64,000 nucleotides of DNA, taken from NCBI GenBank assembly GCA_938091905.1, contig CALKOM010000134.1:15501-79500 (forward strand), in the 5' to 3' direction. The number at the start of each line of letters is the position of its first letter. Within the stretch, counting starts at the first letter, position 1. Positions 59,595 through 64,000 of this stretch are shown here, in pieces. The notes under the pieces are model-generated. The model was not told the DNA's origin, made no database searches, and saw only the letters and a list, made by a program, of their open reading frames with translations. A program made the translations under genes and the position numbers. Source of the DNA: an uncultured Verrucomicrobiales bacterium (GTDB taxonomy: Bacteria > Verrucomicrobiota > Verrucomicrobiia > Verrucomicrobiales > DEV007).

Positions 59595-61367
59595 TCACAA
59601 GTCTTCCATGTCAGGTTGGGAAATGTAACCATTGGCCACATAAAGATCCTCCCAGCCATCGTTGTTCAAGTCTGCAAACTTGGAGCCCCAGGCCCAACCG
59701 GCAAAGCCTTCAGCTGTGGGGTTAGTCACGTCATGGAAGCGTCCCCCGCCCGCATTGCGCATCAGCGAGTTCCCCCGCACCATCTTGAGATACTTTTTCC
59801 GCGTCTCTTCTGGCATCGTCGGATTGAAGTCTGACTGAGCCACAATCTGATTCCCCGCACTGGAAAACATGCTAGAAACATAGAGATCCATCGCACCGTC
59901 CCGATCATAGTCGCCCCATGTCGCCGACATGCCGAAGCCCCAGTCTTGCGACCCGCTGCCACTCGATTCATCGATGAAATGCGTCCCCTCATTTCGCATG
60001 AGCTGATTCGGCCCAAAGTCGTTCGCAATGTAGACATCGAGATCACCATCATTGTCGAAGTCCTCCCAAGACGCGGCGAAGGAGAAACGGTAATTCTCCA
60101 CGCCGAACCCAGCATCATCGGTCACATCGAGAAAGCCAAAGTCCCCTTGGTTCTGGAGCAACACGTTGGCCCCGCCATTGCGAGCGCTGTGAAACGGATG
60201 CGGCGTAGGAAAGTCACCTGTCTTATTGTTATCACTCGCATAACGGAGAATCAAGAGATCGAGATCGCCATCCAAGTCGTAATCCGCCGCCGTTGGCGAA
60301 TAGCCTGAACCAAGATTAGAAAGGCGTTCCCGCAACGAAAACCTTCCCTTCCCATTGTTTTCCGAGATGAGGAAGGCTGTTCTCGTGGCCAACGCCAGGT
60401 CCTTGTCGCCGTCGTTGTCCAAATCCACAAGCAAGGCCGCTGTTGTGTTGTCAAGCCAATCCACACGCGCCTTCTTTGAGATATCAACCAAGGTCCCGTC
60501 TGCCTGCTGTTTCAACAAGAGATTGGGCAATCCTCCAGGCTGACAAAGATACACATCTTCCAAGTCATCGCCATCCACATCGGCAATAGCCACGCCATGA
60601 TACCCAAGAAAGTCCGGACTCAGTGATCGGTCCAAGTTCCTCCTCCACGTATTCATGCCTAACTGGAGTTGCTCGCTCCAGGCAGCGTTCTTCCCCAAGA
60701 CACTCGCAGCAACATCTTCAAACATGGCAGACTCAGAGACGAGTTCATTCTGAATCAGCGCCGGCATGGAGAAACTCAGCAAACGCGGCACCCCTTCGTC
60801 TCCGTCAGGCAATTCCCAAACCGCATCCACCACCCCATAAGAACGCACACGGTACCCTTCCCGAATACCCTGCGACATCAACCGTTGCCGCGTGGTCAAG
60901 CGCCGCCCCTTACTATCAATACCATAAAGCTTGAAGTGCGCTTCAGACGCATCGTCATTCGCGCTGAGGCACAACAGTTCGCCAAGATTTTGGAGGAAAG
61001 AACCGGGATCAGCAGTGACCAGGGTTTCAGGCGCACTCAACTCCACCACCTTGACGGCTTGCCCCTCATATCTCTCCGTCGATTCAAGAGACTGAAGATC
61101 GCTGGCATCAAAGGTGTCTCCAAACAATGTTGCCATCTCCGCGCCATCGGTCCCGATGCCCGATGAAATCGCGGCTAGCTGAGCCTTGACCGTATCGCTC
61201 CACAAACGCGCCGTTTCTTTTGTGTCGCCCCCATCGACAATAGACTCTCCCTGAATAACCGCTTCGGGTTCAGGTGCCGCCTCCATCACTGGTTCCTTCT
61301 TCTCAGAACATCCAAGCAGCACAATCACAGCGCTGCACAGACACACTCGGAAGAAGGGGCTACTCAT
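59595..61367 (-). CDS. FG-GAP/VCBS repeat lipoprotein (CRTAC1-like; probably the N-terminal part of a UGA-readthrough protein)
   Basis: Lipobox VLLGC; six DxDxDGxxD-type repeats (DVDGDDLED, DLDNDGDKD, DYDLDGDLD, DFDNDGDLD, DYDRDGAMD, DLNNDGWED). Ends DL-UGA directly in frame with the next ORF. Confidence 0.85.
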   Translation of the reverse strand: MSSPFFRVCLCSAVIVLLGCSEKKEPVMEAAPEPEAVIQGESIVDGGDTKETARLWSDTVKAQLAAISSGIGTDGAEMATLFGDTFDASDLQSLESTERYEGQAVKVVELSAPETLVTADPGSFLQNLGELLCLSANDDASEAHFKLYGIDSKGRRLTTRQRLMSQGIREGYRVRSYGVVDAVWELPDGDEGVPRLLSFSMPALIQNELVSESAMFEDVAASVLGKNAAWSEQLQLGMNTWRRNLDRSLSPDFLGYHGVAIADVDGDDLEDVYLCQPGGLPNLLLKQQADGTLVDISKKARVDWLDNTTAALLVDLDNDGDKDLALATRTAFLISENNGKGRFSLRERLSNLGSGYSPTAADYDLDGDLDLLILRYASDNNKTGDFPTPHPFHSARNGGANVLLQNQGDFGFLDVTDDAGFGVENYRFSFAASWEDFDNDGDLDVYIANDFGPNQLMRNEGTHFIDESSGSGSQDWGFGMSATWGDYDRDGAMDLYVSSMFSSAGNQIVAQSDFNPTMPEETRKKYLKMVRGNSLMRNAGGGRFHDVTNPTAEGFAGWAWGSKFADLNNDGWEDLYVANGYISQPDMEDL

Positions 61368-61569
61368 ATTCAGATTTGACGTCCGGGTCAGCGTTCCGTC
61401 AAGCCTGAGGCAAGTTCTTCTAGCACGAGAGGCGACCTGCGTGAGTCACCACCCCAGCCTAGGCGACCTCTTGAGGCCCCTCTGGATTCCCGGTGGTCTG
61501 TGCATTGACCGTGCCCGGCTACGTTCAGCCGAAGAACGGAGCGGCAATGCGGTTTGACCATGAGCCTTG

Positions 61570-63333
61570 CTATGATTGACGGACTCGGTAGTAACGTTTC
61601 GGAAGATCAGGAGTGGCATCCTCATCAGTGAAGACGACTTCAGTCTCACCGTCCGGTACCGTCCCCGTGAGACGTTCCGTCCACTCGATGAGATCTTGTG
61701 AGGATTCAATCACATAGTTATCGCCCGAAACCGCAGAAAACTCGATTAAAGCTCCCCCCTCCGTCCGCTCAATACGGAGAATCTCGAAGCTGTTCTCAAC
61801 AGCACTCGGTAACAGAGCTAGCCCCTTGGTCACGTGATCAATCAACCCAACAGGGACAATAGCCCCATCCGGCGTAACCAAATAAAAGGCATCTCCATCC
61901 GCGACGAGATACTGTTCAACTCCCAAGTAAAACAATGCTTTCCCTTCACCCCAGCCGCCTTCTACCGTAATAGGCGTGATCGCTTTGCTCTCGGGATCGA
62001 TTGTTTCTAACACTTGCGTTTCAGGCGGAGGTCCACCAGACGCATGAAGGAGTAAACCTCGCTCGACATCATAAGCGAGAGCTTCACCCTGATCGCCATT
62101 GCCCAGCGGGAGGAATTCCATTGCTACCGCCGTCTCCTTGTCAATGGTGAACAAACTCTCCGGAGAAACGGCGTTCGGATCATTGCCAGTAACACCGTAG
62201 AGCTGCCCTTGGCTATCAAAGGTAATGTCGGAGAACTTCAGGAGTTGATCGGCTGCGGGATTGCCCACAAGGATCGCCTGGCCGCTTGAAGGATCTAACG
62301 TGGCCAAGACACGATCGCCGACCTCATCGTTCGGTGGCTCGCTCAGGCGGAGGATCACGTAAAGTTGGCCAGAAATAGGATCAAGCGCCAATCCCATGCC
62401 GCCCGTGACGGTCAGTCCTTCCATCGTGATGGGAATGGCACTGCTTGTTGTGCCGTCCGCAGCCAACGCTCGCAAGCTGTTGTCGCGAGCCGAAACGGAA
62501 TAGAGGGTTTGTCCGGCTGGAATGGGAATTCCCTGAGCAATGACTTTGATCTCGGCCGTCGAGGTGGATAGCGCGTCGCCATTGAAGACCTTCACCGCGT
62601 AAGTCCCCGCATCCGCCGCGGCAACACTGTCTAATTGAAGTTGCGGTTGATCAAAATCCGGTAGAAGAACGCCGTCTTTCTCCCATGCATAGGTCAGGCC
62701 GTCACCCTCTGCTTCGACGGTTAGAGTCAATGACTCCCCCACTTTGACCAATTGATCGGCGAGAGACTTGCTGATCACCGGAGCCGTAACGGCACCGCCT
62801 AACACATTGAGCACCAACTCATACACAGACGAGGCTTCGCCCTCAAGATTAGCGAAATGAAACGCGGTAATCTCTACCATGAAACTACCAGCCATGGTTG
62901 GCGTTCCTTGAATGGCGGCGAAACTGCTCGGACTAACAACATTGTTGTAAGTGATTCCTGGAGGAAGTCCGTCCACCAGGTAGGATCGGGCTTTCTTTCC
63001 CGGGGTGAAGGCACCCCATACCCATGCGAATTGCTCTCCTACTTGTGCTTCCGCCGGGTTTGTCGAGGGCGACACCGGCGTAATCTCAGGCCAGGTCGCT
63101 CCCGTCACGGCATGCATGCCCGTCACCTGAACCGCTGAACTTACGCTGGTAAACTTCAAGATGTTCGCGAACCGAGGCGCCGCAAGGAGCCGACCATCAG
63201 CAAGCACGCGCACAAGCGGGCTGCGTTGAAGAAGAAGAATCAAAAGGCTGGCCATGTAGGCCAAACGGCTGCTCCATACTCGATAAACGCACAAACTAAG
63301 ACTGTGCCCGAAGGCAGAACAACTGAAAGACAT
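61570..63333 (-). CDS. Secreted Ig-domain + beta-propeller-like surface protein
   Basis: GLPPGI...IQGTPTMAG (He_PIG-like), TLTVEAEG...YAWEKDG...DAGTYAV (Ig I-set-like), propeller-like repeats and C-terminal Y.IE.S.DL..W...YYRV. Start uncertain. Confidence 0.75.
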   Translation of the reverse strand: MSFSCSAFGHSLSLCVYRVWSSRLAYMASLLILLLQRSPLVRVLADGRLLAAPRFANILKFTSVSSAVQVTGMHAVTGATWPEITPVSPSTNPAEAQVGEQFAWVWGAFTPGKKARSYLVDGLPPGITYNNVVSPSSFAAIQGTPTMAGSFMVEITAFHFANLEGEASSVYELVLNVLGGAVTAPVISKSLADQLVKVGESLTLTVEAEGDGLTYAWEKDGVLLPDFDQPQLQLDSVAAADAGTYAVKVFNGDALSTSTAEIKVIAQGIPIPAGQTLYSVSARDNSLRALAADGTTSSAIPITMEGLTVTGGMGLALDPISGQLYVILRLSEPPNDEVGDRVLATLDPSSGQAILVGNPAADQLLKFSDITFDSQGQLYGVTGNDPNAVSPESLFTIDKETAVAMEFLPLGNGDQGEALAYDVERGLLLHASGGPPPETQVLETIDPESKAITPITVEGGWGEGKALFYLGVEQYLVADGDAFYLVTPDGAIVPVGLIDHVTKGLALLPSAVENSFEILRIERTEGGALIEFSAVSGDNYVIESSQDLIEWTERLTGTVPDGETEVVFTDEDATPDLPKRYYRVRQS

Positions 63334-63484
63334 GTAGATGGGGGTCGTGGATTGGGGATAACTACCGACAATATAGCCAAGTAGCACGACGTGGAAACCT
63401 AGAAAGTTATTCCCTCAGAATAGAGGACCTTCGGACGGAACACCCCTTCGAACGATGACAACAGCACGACCTGGCAATGGGGTA

Positions 63485-63636
63485 TCATTTGAGTGACGAC
63501 AAAAACGCCACAAGATTTCTGAAATCGTCGACTGGCATCAATATTTCCAGGCCTTCCCGCATGAGCGAGTGAGTTGAGGCTTCGTAGTCGGCGATGTCTA
63601 TCCCTTGGAAACAGAGCAGCTTGCCGTCCAGCCCTA
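63485..63636 (-). pseudogene. C-terminal remnant of a PVC-type heme-binding domain protein, adjoining the IS end
   Basis: ...SLMREGLEILMPVDDFRNLVAFLSSLK* resembles the SLMPEGL...DLVAFL tail of PVC heme-binding domains. Confidence 0.5.
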
Positions 63637-64000
63637 GTAGAGCATCAATATTGAGTTGATGGATAAAGTCGGTGAAGCTTTGTGCGAGCATCGGCTGTAG
63701 AGAACTGCCAGTTCGTTGTCACAGCGGCATCGTTTCGGTGTTCGACACCAAGGGCGCACAAGCGTCGCATCTCATCGATATTTTTGACTCGATCTGTTAG
63801 GGTAGTTCGGCACAGCGCAGATATTTCCATTTCAGCGATGTTTAACCATGATCCGTGGACAGGCGTGTGATGACGCTCAATCCTATCAGCTATCCTTCTC
63901 GCCTCGGCCGGCAGAAAGGCCTTGTAGAGAGAAGCATCTCCGTGCGTGTTTAGGTTGGCTTCTACTACCACAATCTTCTTCCCATCGGGGTAGAGGTCTT
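63634..64000 (-). mobile_element. IS630-family element, 3' part (transposase C-terminus, stop at 63645)
   Basis: NLNTH, HHTPVHGSWLNIAEMEIS and WQFSTADARTKLHRLYP. The end ...TGATGCTCTACTAG fits TA-target IS630 termini. Confidence 0.88.

Noticed and set aside
61381..61569. GC-rich intergenic region upstream of the candidate selenoprotein, checked for tRNA-Sec or a riboswitch
   Set aside because: Only short hairpins and a 9-bp repeat (AGGCGACCT); no UCA anticodon arm, T-loop or known aptamer consensus.

Overview
Bacterial chromosomal window, about 54% GC by eye. It is most likely Verrucomicrobiota, based on a Verru_Chthon cassette-A-like protein, a DUF1549/DUF1553 + DUF1501 pair, a sulfatase and TIM-barrel sugar isomerases. 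It carries about 48 protein-coding loci. Housekeeping genes include polA, alr, lptB-hpf-hprK, iolB, exbB/exbD, a SulP permease and an RstA/RstB-like two-component pair. The rest are mostly secreted PVC-type accessory proteins, several decayed genes and a partial IS630 at the right edge. No tRNA, rRNA or CRISPR array was recognised. Top finding: two abutting minus-strand ORFs (61367-59595 and 59594-57486) form one continuous reading frame broken only by an in-frame UGA. A hairpin with bacterial SECIS geometry follows it (11-nt spacer, 17-nt stem-loop, GGUCG loop). This suggests a 1293-aa FG-GAP/ASPIC-UnbV/redoxin/TPR seleno-lipoprotein. Second finding: an unannotated 24-aa Trp-Trp leader peptide with anti-SD pairing lies upstream of an EamA/DMT transporter. 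Family assignments come from motif recognition only; no searches were run.
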